Shown in pieces: positions 47,401-59,789 of a stretch of 64,000 bases of DNA. Within the stretch, counting starts at the first letter, position 1; every line of letters begins with the position of its first letter. The stretch is taken from positions 358,484,001-358,548,000 of the forward strand of contig OZ024743.1 of NCBI GenBank assembly GCA_964016885.1. Direction: 5' to 3'. A program made the position numbers and the translations under genes. Under the pieces are notes generated by a model. It was not told where the DNA came from, made no database searches, and saw only the letters and a list, made by a program, of their open reading frames with translations. This DNA comes from Eledone cirrhosa. Taxonomy: Eukaryota.

Positions 47401-48468
47401 CAGACAACTTTAACAAATTCTTCAAATCCACTAAACTATGATTCTGCTTATCGACCAACTCAGCAGTTAGATTCTAGTATGTATAGCAGCCAGTTTATGC
47501 CTACAGTTTCTAAAGACTATGTTAAACCACATCAAAATAGGGAATATTGTAAACCACAAAACACTGACTCCACAACTTCTGTGCAGGGTTCAAATTATAG
47601 CACTGTACCTTACAATAGAGAATCCTCTGATGGTTTAGTTGGAGGTAACACTTTCCAAATTAGAAAAATGGATCATTCTCCTAACGTGAGTTCTCTTCCT
47701 AAGGACAACAATGTAGCTGGCTTCCAGTATGAATATCCTACTTCTGCAGGCTACCACTCTCAAACTCCACAACAGAAGAACCAAAATCTTCAACAATCGT
47801 CACAATCATCAACTGTCAGTAATAAGTTTGCTTACAATGATGTTGCACCTGATAATCTTACATTTCCAGCTGTAAAAGACTGCGATCTTCGGTTTAATCC
47901 GCAGGACAGCAATTATCGATCCTTTCCCCCTCCATCAGTTTCTGCCACTGAAACATCTGCTAGGAATGAAGTTTTGCCAGATAAAGCTGCTACTCCAAAC
48001 AGTTCTTCCATGCCCAATTTACCACCAAATAATATGGGAGCCATGCAGGGTAAGATGTTTGATAATGCAGGATTGAATGCCAACCAATATGCTGGGGTGG
48101 TAAGTTCAAATAACTGGCAGACAACATATAATGCAAACCCTGAGTGGAATAATAAAGGTAGTTCTAGTTCACTACCAGTAATTCCTTCTGATAACGTTTC
48201 TGCAAATGTACCTGGGAAAGAAGGCCAGCTCTCATTTCCTTATAATTCAAAGACTGCTTATCCACCACCAAATTTTAATGCAAACCAGTATCCAAATTTC
48301 TTCAATCAAATGCCACATCCTGGCAACATGTGGCAGTTACCGCCACCAGCACAAGCTCCTTTTCAAGGCACACCTGGATATAATGTGTCAGGTATAGAAA
48401 ATCATTTAAATGCTGCTCAAAGCTTTCAAGGCAGTCACTTGCCTTCAACAAATCCTCCTAAATTCTGA
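32175..48468 (+). CDS. HNRNPUL1: hnRNP U-like protein (SPRY + P-loop PNK-like domain + RS/RD-rich and low-complexity tail), about 1249 aa; join 32175-32374, 33399-33530, 34328-34415, 35212-35332, 36049-36298, 37889-38018, 39281-39497, 40569-40733, 41586-41715, 43139-43268, 46282-48468
   Basis: All 10 introns are GT-AG and phase-compatible (3750 nt total). Family motifs: [82 protein letters not shown]. The symbol marks the closest family; it may be a paralog rather than the ortholog. Confidence 0.88.
33399..33530 (+). CDS. HNRNPUL1: hnRNPU-like coding exon 2
   Basis: ...[18 protein letters not shown]; ttcag/gtatg. Confidence 0.85.
34328..34415 (+). CDS. HNRNPUL1: hnRNPU-like coding exon 3
   Basis: [19 protein letters not shown]; ctag/gttcat. 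Confidence 0.88.
35212..35332 (+). CDS. HNRNPUL1: hnRNPU-like coding exon 4 (SPRY)
   Basis: VFFEV...[15 protein letters not shown]; ttcag/gtgagt. Confidence 0.9.
35463..35806 (+). mobile_element. Full-length tRNA-derived SINE (family A), intronic
   Basis: Highly similar to 13744-14092. Confidence 0.9.
36049..36298 (+). CDS. HNRNPUL1: hnRNPU-like coding exon 5 (SPRY)
   Basis: [11 protein letters not shown]...FGVGDVIG...[10 protein letters not shown]; ttag/gtaagt. Confidence 0.92.
37889..38018 (+). CDS. HNRNPUL1: hnRNPU-like coding exon 6
   Basis: [12 protein letters not shown]...DRVRG...KADCE; aag/gtaata. Confidence 0.88.
38581..38877. mobile_element. Penelope-like pLTR remnant with about 85-bp inverted repeat, intronic
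   Basis: 38581-38665 is the reverse complement of 38794-38877; contains a hammerhead motif; (TA)n nearby. Confidence 0.7.
38639..38744 (-). ncRNA. Type I hammerhead ribozyme with extended stem/loop II
   Basis: Minus strand: GCT-CTGATGA-aCTGACTGGT...ACCAGtTCAGa-GAA-ACA-CT-TGT-C-AGC; GUC site. The partner arm shows palindromic stem III ACAATTGT. Confidence 0.68.
39281..39497 (+). CDS. HNRNPUL1: hnRNPU-like coding exon 7 (Walker A)
   Basis: [10 protein letters not shown]...[18 protein letters not shown]; ttag/gtgaga. Confidence 0.93.
40569..40733 (+). CDS. HNRNPUL1: hnRNPU-like coding exon 8
   Basis: [24 protein letters not shown]...[11 protein letters not shown]; ttag/gtaata. Confidence 0.93.
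41586..41715 (+). CDS. HNRNPUL1: hnRNPU-like coding exon 9
   Basis: [18 protein letters not shown]; ctag/gtagga. Confidence 0.92.
43139..43268 (+). CDS. HNRNPUL1: hnRNPU-like coding exon 10
   Basis: YRKEG (cf. YNEEG)...VYSFP; ttag/gtaagt. Confidence 0.82.
44760..45050 (-). mobile_element. Old RTE LINE fragment
   Basis: Similar to 20400-20640 (catacaa...agagaatccctttgttaccagcag). Confidence 0.5.
46282..48468 (+). CDS. HNRNPUL1: hnRNPU-like terminal coding exon (RS/RD-rich, then S/N/Q/P-rich)
   Basis: ttttcag acceptor in phase 0, in frame with the 704-aa ORF; 729 codons open in AT-rich DNA. Confidence 0.85.
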   Translation, partial: AQRKISDSSAAVFTAASTATSVQPVATDNPTGIKEEIGVVKNQTDVIGLATGTNFGKDLSQAVKQEPVEENVDSKNISGSGCEKTDGKQNSDKNSQKISEHNPKCSSSQSQNRVSSNSDRSRERSRSRDRSWGENSSGSRSRDRYRSRDRSQDRRGRDRSRGREKRHDRYRSRDSHRSRDSSRERYYSRDRSRDRHRDSYRSRYRDRRRSRERSYDSDKYQKRDWSQNRYDSGNQHSFDTNKQDSQSYNKAYTEGKETVFEGENQTRGMSYQSGSSLTPNIASLNKEQSYSFNSSNINEPFKETNKSNGNDFKDLFGTCDVDYRVPSSSLVLGNQGPSSQTNQTDVSADFSNSAVKQPSPFTNNSSVSNPQRWQTTLTNSSNPLNYDSAYRPTQQLDSSMYSSQFMPTVSKDYVKPHQNREYCKPQNTDSTTSVQGSNYSTVPYNRESSDGLVGGNTFQIRKMDHSPNVSSLPKDNNVAGFQYEYPTSAGYHSQTPQQKNQNLQQSSQSSTVSNKFAYNDVAPDNLTFPAVKDCDLRFNPQDSNYRSFPPPSVSATETSARNEVLPDKAATPNSSSMPNLPPNNMGAMQGKMFDNAGLNANQYAGVVSSNNWQTTYNANPEWNNKGSSSSLPVIPSDNVSANVPGKEGQLSFPYNSKTAYPPPNFNANQYPNFFNQMPHPGNMWQLPPPAQAPFQGTPGYNVSGIENHLNAAQSFQGSHLPSTNPPKF

Positions 48469-51400
48469 GATTTATCATTTGAGTACTTCCATTATTATTT
48501 TTTTTAATTTTTCTGTTTATATTTTTATTTCGAACTTTCATATAGAGCCATCTATAATAAGGTAAGATATTTTTGTGACCTTTAAAAAGAAAAGGGAAAA
48601 CCTAGATTTCTAACAATCATCACTTAAAAAAGGGAAGTGGTGAGATATTTCAGTTTCTTTAGATGTGCTTGATATTTAGTTTTCAGTAGTCAGTTTTGAT
48701 ATTTCGGTATCTAAGGTCAGTCAGATCATTAAATTATTTTCCCCTTTTTTTTTCATAGGCCTGTATTATATATCCAGTAAAAGAGATTTCTCTCTATATT
48801 GTCTAGTTACTTAATAATCAAGTGACTCCATTACAACTAATGTTCAGTTGAATCACAGAAATTAATGTAAAAAAAAGGATAGAGCAGCTCTCACTCTTGA
48901 GGTTAAAGATACTAGTATCCCAGGGAAATATTATTTATGTTATTATTGTTATTATACATCAATAACAAAAGACACCCCTTCTTATTTTTTACATTTACTA
49001 ACTTGCTATAAAAATTATTCCTTTTGAATTCAGAAAGCTCTAGAATAGAGCTTAATTTTCTGTTAAGAAAGTTTGAATGTTAACAGTTCTTTATCTTTAA
49101 CTTTGTTGTCTTCAAAAATAGCTGCCATAAGTACTACATTTACCACTACTAATAGTAGTCTGATAACAACTGTACATTCTCGTAGTTGTTGTTATCCTTA
49201 TCTCTTTCATTGAAATATTTTGAACAATCTTCAATAAAATAATCATGCAAAATTCTACAGCATGCCACTTGGCCATAAACTACTCGGGAAGTAAAAATAA
49301 ATGACTAAGTAATCAGAAGCTAGAATATAACTTGATTACATGAAATACCTTTATTTTAACGAAGGCAACTACATTTTACTTCATCCTTCATTCACATCCT
49401 CTGCTCCCTTGTTACATATTTTACCCCTCAATTTGTTGATATATTAAATTCATCAATCATGTATAAAATTTACCAACAAAAGGATTAAATCACACAATGT
49501 TTAAATGTTGTGAAAAGTTTAAAAATTGAATAATATAGTTTATAGAGAGATAGCCTGTACAGCTATAAGGTTAATGAATGTTAGGAGAAACTTAGTTAAA
49601 ATTTCCATGTATGGATTTCAAATTAAATTGTCCCCACTCTCTACCATTGAATTGTTAGTCATTGGATGATATCAGTTTAACAGAACTGATTTTCTTAGAA
49701 CCTAATCAGTTTATTTACTTTCCAATGCCTTATGTTGTTGATAATACATGTTATATATTGGTTTCAATACACTGTTCTCTTGTTTAGATATAGTCTTCAA
49801 TAATTTAAACATTACCAACTTGCTTCACGTGAAGTTTACTATATATATTGCTGTGTAAATTTCCTTTACTTCAAGTTCAGCTTATTCTTTCTGTTAAGAA
49901 AACAAAACATTCCATGCATTTGTTTATGATATTGGGCATTTTGATTCCAATAACATTGTAAATATTCCATTTTAGCTATTTATTATCAGGAAGGGGTTCT
50001 ACAAGGGAAGCATTATTATTGGAATATTGAATTATCTATAGTATCAGCAGAAAATAGTGAATGAAAAGTTAGTGTGCAAATCACGTCTATTTAAACTCAA
50101 CAAAAGTATCTTTTAGAAACTAGACATCTTTTGTATTTAGAAATGTGGAGCTCTGATTTAAAAGAGCCACCTAATTATATTTAAGAATTTTAAAAGAAAG
50201 ACATTTAGAAAGCAGCATTTTAAATTGTTTACCATTATTAGTAGTCATTTTTCTAACGTAGGAATTTAGTTAGATTGGAAAGGTTTAACTTATTTGAAGC
50301 TATAATTCATGAAATTCTGCAATGGAGCTGCAAAACAGATATTTTTAAAAGATTCACACACATGCAAAAAAGTTTTGGTTATAGTAATGGCAATAAATGT
50401 ACCATGTATTTTTTAGTTTTAAAATGCTGATAGGATTGTTAAATACTTGAAACCCCAGAAAAAATCTTTGCTTTGTTTGGTTGTTCAGTGAAGGTTGACA
50501 TCAACTAACAATTTGTTAGTGAAGAAATTAGAAACTCATTGTCATCATTCAAAAAAAAAACAATCTGATGTAACTGATAAAATGTGCACACCACGTGGAA
50601 AGCTATCATCATCATCTGTCATCATGAATAAGTTTCAACAGTACCTGCAAGGTTTGGGCGTCATTCAAGTTTTCAAATGAAAGTAAAATCACTTTCTTTT
50701 CAGCATTCCTCAAATTAGAAAGCATACTATCAAAATGCACCTCACATCACTTGTATTTCCACTTGGATTTAAAACATAAAAGGTTTCTGGGTATATGGCA
50801 GTGTCATTCATATTATTTTGAGCTATGAGATAGTTTCATTTACATACATTTTTTTCTGTTTTAAGAAGAATGTGTTTCATATGCAGATTAAATGTCAATA
50901 CAGTGACATTTCTGTAGAGAAAAACATCATGAACAACTGTGTGAGGTATGTTGAACTAAATTTTTAAAGCTTTCGATACTGAAGGTCTGCAGTCTAAGTT
51001 CTTGGTTTACTTTTTTTTGTCCCACATTTTTCTGTTATCAGATTTAAGGTTTTACTTGTTAGTACAGTCAGAAGATGACTTATGATGTTCAGTGGGTGTT
51101 CTTTGCATTCAAAATCAAACTCCACTAGTATCAGGTTTACTTTTCATACATTCAGATCCAATAAATTAAGCATTGATATTTCATCTTACAGCATAGTACA
51201 AAAAGTCATGAATATATTTCAGTTGGTATTTGAGAATGTTCATGATAGCTTTTTTTAGGTCAATTACTTCTTACAATAGACCAGCCTGCTGGGGAAAGGA
51301 TATACTATCTGCCTGTAGTAGTTCCTGGCAAAAACATCTCTACTTTTCCAGTGCCAGATGGGATTTAAACTCAGAATGCACAGAACTGGAACAGATACTG

Positions 51401-52546
51401 CTAAGCATGTCGTCTTACTGTTTAATGATTCCACCAATCCGCTGCCCCTGGATTAGTACTTTTATTGACCCTGGAAGGATGAAAAGCAAAGTTGACCTGA
51501 GCCAATCAATTAGTTTAGTGTCTTCACTTCTTACTTTATTTTAAAAGGATTCATTTCTAGAGCAAGGGTCAATCCTTATCAAAGTTTAAAGATTATTAAA
51601 TTCACTCGAGCAACAGTAAAATATAAGTGGTCTTAAATGGCAAGGGAAAAAAGAAGGATCTGGATGGCTGAATTTTGAGCTAAATAAATCATTTCATTCT
51701 AGCTATTTGGTAGAAAACTCTCTTAAGTACAGTATTCCCTATTTGTCATGGTTTAGCTGGGGAACAATCTAAATGTTGCAGCATGCAATTACTGTTACAA
51801 ATAAGGATTTTGTGCTTAGATCAAGACTCATGTTTAGGTAATTATATTTGGAAGCGTAAAGTTGATGGAGTCATGGGTTAGACGTATCGTTTTAAATGAA
51901 AATATTGTCCTGGATGGAAGAAGGTCACTTCACACACATTCTTGGTTTGGTATGATTTGTATAACTAGGTACATTTTATCATGGCCCCAACACTGGGGAT
52001 AGTAAAATGAATTTTTTTATCACTATTAGGAGAGACTACTATGTTCAAAGTTAAAACCACTTTGTAGTAATATGGAAGTATATTTAATAGTCATTGGGTT
52101 TTAAAATAATGTAATATTTAGAAATAATACATGTTTTAATCATTGCATTTACTATCCATACAACTCATATCCTAACATCAACTTAGTTAATGATATACAG
52201 CTTACAATATGTGCATATATGACTTGACATATGCATACTATGTACTGAGATAATCTTACTTCCTATGTTGTATATTTAAATTAATTGGATATGGCATCAA
52301 CTACAGCCCCTTCTTTATGACAGGAGATGGTTAGTATTTGAAAAATGTATCTAACCATTAGAAAGGAAATATTTGATATCAAGAAAATATTCAAGCTTAT
52401 ACATATTCTGTCGGTACTCTATTTTGATGTTGGTTTTCCTGTGCTAACTTGAATAGATAAGGCTTCAAATCTAAACATCTGCAGGAGTTATAGCTATTTT
52501 GTTCTGTTTCTTTCTTTATATATATATATATGTGTGTGTTTGTGTG

Positions 52547-52580
<34 letters not shown>

Positions 52581-55500
52581 TAGAAAGAGTCCTTTCTCAT
52601 CTGCAAGCAATCAACTATGAAATAAGGACTTGGTAGATTGAGGGGAGAACACAACACTGTTGCAGGGTTTTATCTTATTACTTGTTTTCTTGCTTCACAA
52701 TTACATGGTTTGGGGATTTGGTCTCGCTGCATGACACCTTGTTAGATAGAAACTGTGCAAAAACCCATTGTGTGTGTGTGTATATATATATATATCTTGT
52801 AACTTGGCAGTTTGGTAGAGATCGATTTAAAAAAAAAAAAATGTTAATGTTACGAGACTTAAGTTCTGTGGTTGATATCATCATCTAAACCCTTGAAGCA
52901 TAACCTCAGTCAGATCACTGAAGCCAGTAAAGGACAAAAAAAATATTAACATGGGTACATACTATTGCAAACATAAATCACTCTCCCATTACTGTCCACA
53001 TTGCACCTAAATCAGAAAAAGACACCTAATACTAACTCCATAACAATAATATATTATCTTGTATTGCCAATGAGAAAATTGGCACATAATACAAGTAACC
53101 AGGTGTTTTCTACTCTATCTCAAACTTAGATGAAAATCCATATATTAGTTGAAAGTAGCCACTTGTTTTTCTTAAGCACCTTTCCTCCCAAATCTAATAC
53201 AATTGTGTTGCTCATTTAACCCCAGGTTAGCTCTGGTTGACCAGACCTATGATCAAAAGCATTCCATTTGTGATTACCTTGTCATTTATTCATTCATCAT
53301 CCAATGTTCCATTTTCTTAAAACAGTAGGGTGTTATTTGAAGGAAATTTAGCTACTATTTCAAGCAAGTTGAAGTGTTGTGTTTGGTGGTGGGATACATT
53401 GTCTAAGGTGTCTGATCTATGTTCTATATAGTAATAGAGATAGTGCATTATCTTGCTGTCAAGCTTTTATATCAAAATGAATTATTTTCCAACTATAATC
53501 ACACACTGTAAATGTAGTTGGTGTTAAGGGCATCCAGCTGTAAAATCCCTGGCCAAATTTACACTTCGATCAGAGCAAGGAATGGCGTGGGCAATTCTGG
53601 CCAGACTTCTCTCCCGACGTAGAGGACTCATCTAACCCATGCAAGCATGGAAAAATGGATGCTAAATGGTGATGAATCAAGTCTTATAGAGACAAAAGTT
53701 TAGCAATAGAGGAGAAAATAAGTAATGAAACTGAAGCAAATTTAAGTTCTAAACAATAGAGAAATATCTACTGCTAGCTACTATTTAAGATGTTCATTGT
53801 TCTTTTAATTGTGCTTATCTTGCTAAAAATAGTTGCCAAATCTCACTCAAATCATACCATCTGAAAGGAGAGGAACACTTTGGATAATGTAGCCCAAGAA
53901 ACACTGTCTAGAGTAAAATAAAATAAAAATGGCACAGTTGTAAACTCCTTTCGATTATATGTCTGTTCAATCAATATCAAAATAAGGCTAAACAACAAAT
54001 AGATACAATATATTGAATGGAATGTTCTAGAACTGGTGAACTGCTAAACATAGAATAGGAAAATATATTAACTTGGAAACAAAGAAATTAGAAAAGTATT
54101 TTTTGATTTATTTTTCACTGTATAGTGAAAGCTTATTACTCTGAACTAAGATCTAAATGAATTGAAGTTCTACAAATTCTGAATTGGTGAATTAAGAAAG
54201 TTGGAGAAATCTGCATTATTTAAGAGATGTTACAATCATGTAAACACACAAATAAATACATACATGTGTGTATATATACATATACACAAGTAAAAAAGAA
54301 ATTGGTAAACAGCACCAGAGAACATCAAAAAAATGTCTTGATGTTTTGAAGAGAAAGAAAATGTGAAATGTGAGATATATATATACATGAACATGAGAAA
54401 AGGAACTCTATACATGTAGCAGAGTTTATTTGTTTGAAACTGATGATGGACTTCATTGCTACTAGGTTTCTCACTATGTATGATCCTACAGGTGACAAAA
54501 GGTACTTGTCACCTTAAGTATCATATGCAGTGATAATGAATTATCAGCTTCAAATGAATATAGGTGTATGTACCAATATAGTATTTGAATATTAGTTTGT
54601 CTCTTCAAGAAGATTTGTTAAAAAATGGACACATGCACATTATTTACAGTATGTATGCATTGAAAAAAGAATAATGATGCTAGTCATTACACATATGCAT
54701 ATCAATTATATATACTTTGTTCTACATACTTCTTCCTTCATCTGAATATATCTCATGAATTTACTAGTTAACCATGTTTTCGCATATAAGTTTCATTAGT
54801 ATAATGATAATTAATATTTTCAATGAATTTTATTATGGAGCTGTTACTTGTTGATCAAGTTTGAAGGGTTTATTATTCTGAAATATTCATAATGCTGTTA
54901 ATTTTCAGATATGCCTTTGTTAGAGACAGAGGATCAAAGATACTTATTTTTCCATCAAAAGTCTCAAATCTTTATTCTAATAAATTTGTAGTATTATGTC
55001 ATTACAACTTTCTCATTAAAATCTAACTTCAAGGAGGGTGTAGAGAGATGGAAGCGATGACAGTGGGAGTTCGGACCTGGTGTACAACGTTAGTTGTTCG
55101 TAAGGAGGTAGTGATTCATCTACTATTATCTAGGCCCTTTTCCTTACTATATTTCTAACATCTTATACCTTCATAAGCAATTACGACATAATTATCCTCG
55201 CATTTTTCCTGAACATCTTCATGAACCAACATATCGTCTTCCTGTTTTCAGTTATAAACAATACATCTGCAAACAATTATGCAATTACTGACAGATCTAA
55301 TTACAATTCTCTGTTGGCTGAGAAAATGTTAAGCTACAGGCCAAAACAAGTTTGTGAGAAAATTCCAACTGAATTCTTAGATATTATCCATGAGGTAAAA
55401 TCCTTGTACATTGCTTTAGATTTAAAGAATTCTTCAGATACATAAATTTATAAACAGAATCAAATGAAAAGAAAACTTATTTAAGTTCAAATCTTGGATC

Positions 55501-56876
55501 TACCTCTTTTTTTTTTTATGAAAACATTGGAAATATCCAGAGTGGGAATATGGAATCAGCATTTTTATACACACACACACAAATATCATATATGATTATT
55601 TTAGATTTGTAAATAAGTTAGAAGCTATTGAACAAATAAAAACCTTACCAAAGATCAAGATACATTACATAGCTAATTCATCACTGAAGACTAATGGTTT
55701 GAGACTCATCATCACATATCTAAAGAATAAGTTAAAATAAATGGATGATCGTAATATATTAAAGTGTGTCATGCTACAGGTATAATTTAAATCATAGAAG
55801 AAAAAAGCATGGAGAAAGAAAGAATACTTTGCCTTTTCATATTTTGGAAGATAAGTTTATACTTCAGATAATTTATTTTTGAAACTAATGAACTCAGGGT
55901 CAATAATAAATATGACTATAAAGGCAGTTTTGTAAGTTGTTTAATGGACATCTAATAAATACTTCTATGCCATAGATCAGAGATTTTTAAACTTTTCACA
56001 TTGGTGATGTATTTTTGTGACAGTTTGAAGGTCTCTATAGGATGCAATCAATAAGAACCAAGAAACTTCAACCAGAACTCTCAAACGTGGACTAAATCAT
56101 GCAATATTAATTCTGGACTACATTTGGCCAATAACTACACAATAAGTATGCTTATTGCAAAGTAAAGAATATAATGCTCTTCAATTTATAATTGGTTAAC
56201 TTATTGAAAATAAATGTCTTTGTGTAAAGTTCACCAAGGTTACTCAATGAAAAGAAACTTATCCATGCTCAATTCATCAAGATGACAGCAGCAGTAAACT
56301 ATTTGACCATCTCTTATTTTAAGCAGCCCTTTGAAATACTTTCATAAATAAATATCAAAACCCAAAATTCCAAGCCGCTTATACAGAAAACCCATATGCA
56401 TCATTTCAGATTTCTTTTGGGGCAAAGTTTTTTCCATTAAATCTCAAACCTAGTGTCTCATCAAGCAGAACTTATCTTGGTTTTGTGAGTTGTTAAACAA
56501 CCAAGAATACAGGACACTTTGGTGGAGTGCCCCTCTGTTACAAAGTTAACCTCAGCTGCTGCAGGCATTCATTTGATCAAGGATACATGCTGATTGATCC
56601 AATACCTTTACAATCATAGGACTAACACTCGAATCTATTCATTTTTTGTTTGTTTTTATTTAAACTATATCCATTATTCTATTAAGAGCATTGTCCAGAA
56701 TATCAATTTGCAAAGATACAAAATGATTCTTGAATCTCTATTGCCATGTGATCAACAAAATTTATGAACTCCAGCTTCAATAAGTTCTAATGAAATGTAT
56801 CACTATACCTCAGCTTAGTTTAGCTTCTCTCAATATGACTTTGTTACACCCCACCTGCCAGTGAAGCCATTACTGA

Positions 56877-57087
56877 TGCAACCCGTTAGGTTACCACTAG
56901 ATATTTGTGTGTCCATTATGGCATTTCATGCAACCAGTTAGGTTACCAATCTAGATATTTGTGTGTCCATTATGGCATTTCATGCAACCAGTTAGGTTAC
57001 CACTCTAGATATTTGTGTCCATTATGGCATTTCATGCAACCAGTTAGGTTACCACTAGATATTTGTGTGTCCAGTATGGCATTTCAT
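56877..57087 (+). repeat. Minisatellite, about 4 x 52-54 bp
   Basis: ATGCAACCAGTTAGGTTACCA(CT)CTAGATATTTGTGTGTCCATTATGGCATTTC repeated. Confidence 0.9.
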
Positions 57088-58424
57088 TGGGTTTTAAAAA
57101 TACTTGGCAGTGCCCGTCTCTTCTACATGTGATTTCTATTTTCAATTAGTTTTCCTCAAGGTTTGCTGGTTTTGACAAGCACTCTGCCACTGACATATTC
57201 ATACCTGGTGTTTTAGGGTTTATTTAGTCTTTCTAGTTTTAATTCTTTTGCTGTTTAATCAGAAGAAAGGTCAGAGCCTAAAACTGGTGAGAAAAGGGTT
57301 TCCTTAAAATGGAAAGCTGACACTCAATAGACTTTAGTAAAGTCATTCAAAGCAAGCAATAGATTAAGTTTACTATCCAAGTAGACCACAATATGAGTTG
57401 TACACAGAATACAGCACAAGACATCTCATCTATGCTCTTACAGTTCTGCCAATCCACTGCTCAGGATTGGTACTGAAAGAGTGAGAAGAAAATTTGACCT
57501 CTGGAATTTAAACAAGAGCAGAAAGCCTAAGCAAATGCCACAAGGTATTTTGTCTTAATGCTATAACATCTCTTCCAATTCCCTACCTATGTGATATATA
57601 GCTATTGATTCACTTGAGAAGAATATCTATTTCAGTACAATGTTACATGTATCAGTTGGTAATATAATCTTTATTCTTATTTTGGATGTTGATAAGAATG
57701 AGGAGATTAACTGTCTTACTATTGAAGGAATTTTATGAAATTTGAGCAAATTATAATCTTTTGTGAGTTATGGTGTTATTTATTGATATGGTATGTATAA
57801 GACTATAGAGAAAATCTACATATGACTTTTGTTCAATTGTCTTAACGTGGTGTAATTAATTTTCAGAAAATAACTAAAAATGGGTTTGTTAATTAGTGTT
57901 TATACTAGTGGACAGATTATTGTAAACATTTGCCATAAACTAAAGTAAAAACATTAAAAATATTAATGTAAAGCATTGATAGTGCTGCTTTGTACATTTC
58001 ATGTATAGGACATTAGGAGTTAAAGTCAGTTTAGAAATTTAAATAAATCACGGAAGCGACTAAATAATTTGAAGAATAATGTGTGTCTATATTTAATTTA
58101 TAAAGAAAGGTACTGATTTATTAGATAACAGCTTCAGAAATGAAAACTCTGAGTGAGCAAATGTGAAGTGTGTCCAGCTCTCTATACTTGTATCAGGGGT
58201 GAAGGAGTATGCAAGTTGCACATGAATGAGGTAAGTGGGATATTTAGTTGGAGGGGTAGGGAGAATATCAGTGTAGATTGGTGTCTTCTACATGTTCGTT
58301 TCATCCTGTGTACATGGTAGCTCTTCTGCAGTACAACATAATGCCAGATCTCAATTCTGTGTCATCTCCTTTGAGGTTTAAATGTGCATGGTCAGCTTTT
58401 ATCTCTTCATCCCAAGCTTACATA

Positions 58425-58837
58425 TCTATATAATACTAAAAGTCTGTGATTACTTGCTTGTTCGTAATGTAATACAGCCAAAAGGGTGCATAATGGGAAT
58501 ACAAATGGAATAAAACAAGTTTCATGTAAATTGGACCACGGGTTCTCGGGTACCTTCATAATCAGAGGAGAATGGTGGTGGTGTTTTGAATATATATATA
58601 TGTGTGTGTGTGTGTGTCTATGACCAGTGTAAATAGATCAGACACCCATATATATATAAACACATGTATACACACACAATTTATATATATACATACTCAC
58701 GTATATATATATGGGCCTTCCAGTATCATTTCACATGATATACATATCTGTGTAAATTTTAATTATTTAAAAATTATTTTTAAGTGAACAAATTTTTTAA
58801 AATATTTTGAAGTGAACGTGGGTCATGGGTGGTCTAG
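58425..58837 (+). mobile_element. Non-autonomous Helitron-like element
   Basis: A|TCTATATAATACTAAAAG ... GGTCTAG|T termini at an AT target, with an internal microsatellite. The subterminal hairpin is degenerate. Confidence 0.55.
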
Positions 58838-59212
58838 TATATTATATTATTCAAACAGTTGACAAGGAATGAAAACAATCACATTTAAAGAAATGACCAA
58901 TTAGAAAAAACATTTTTTTGTCTTCCAAACCTTGGACTTCATAATCTCTATCCAAATTTGTTGGAAACAATGGTTGAAAGATTTATTGGTAATGAAACAA
59001 TCATTGATATATATATATAAACTTATTGCTGACTAAATTTTACTTCAAACAATTGATACCAACACCAACAATAGTATCAAACCACTAGCACAACAAAGCA
59101 ACAAAAAGAAAAGTTTAATGCTTATAGCAACATTTACATCTATGACAGAACAGTGCTCTGGCTCCCAATCCCTCACTCATTCACTACTCCAGCAAGGCGT
59201 TTCCTTGGAACA

Positions 59213-59415
59213 TTAACTTTTTAGCATTTAATCCGGCCAGAATTCTCTCACCTCTTTCTGTTCAAACCAGTCATAACCTACCATTCATACTGATATTAAG
59301 GTATTCTCAAAATAGATAATATCAAATTTTCATAGCTTCGATATTATGTGAGATAAAGTCTTTACCACGAAAATACAATAGTCAGTACAGAGTAATGTAA
59401 ATGTTAAAGGGTTAA
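59213..59415. mobile_element. piggyBac-type MITE (family 2)
   Basis: Collinear with 31929-32143; TTAA flanks. Confidence 0.8.
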
Positions 59416-59789
59416 AGTGGATGAGGCAATTAAAACAAAGAAACAGGCATGGAAAAACTAGCAGGAAGGAAGAACTACGAACAATACCAAGACTAGGAGA
59501 GAAACTATACATTAGGTACACTCTTCCAGAAGAGAAGTGGAAAGTAAGTTTTCACATCTGTGCCATGAGAACCAATGATATGAAGTGTTCTAGATTGCAA
59601 GACAGTGGCATGCTTGCTCTCACCAATACAGAATAGAAAGAACGAAAGTGCATGGGAAGAACATGGTCAGCTAATCACCTAGTTGACCTAACAGAAAGAC
59701 CAGCCATCCATGCTAGCAGCAGAATAGTAAGGCAATTAGAGATATGAAGACAAGCAAAATAGCTGGTCCATCAGTGATAGTTACTGAGA

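Noticed and set aside
54440-54470. CTGATGA as a hammerhead or C/D box core
   Set aside because: No correctly placed GAAA, stem II or partner box was found.
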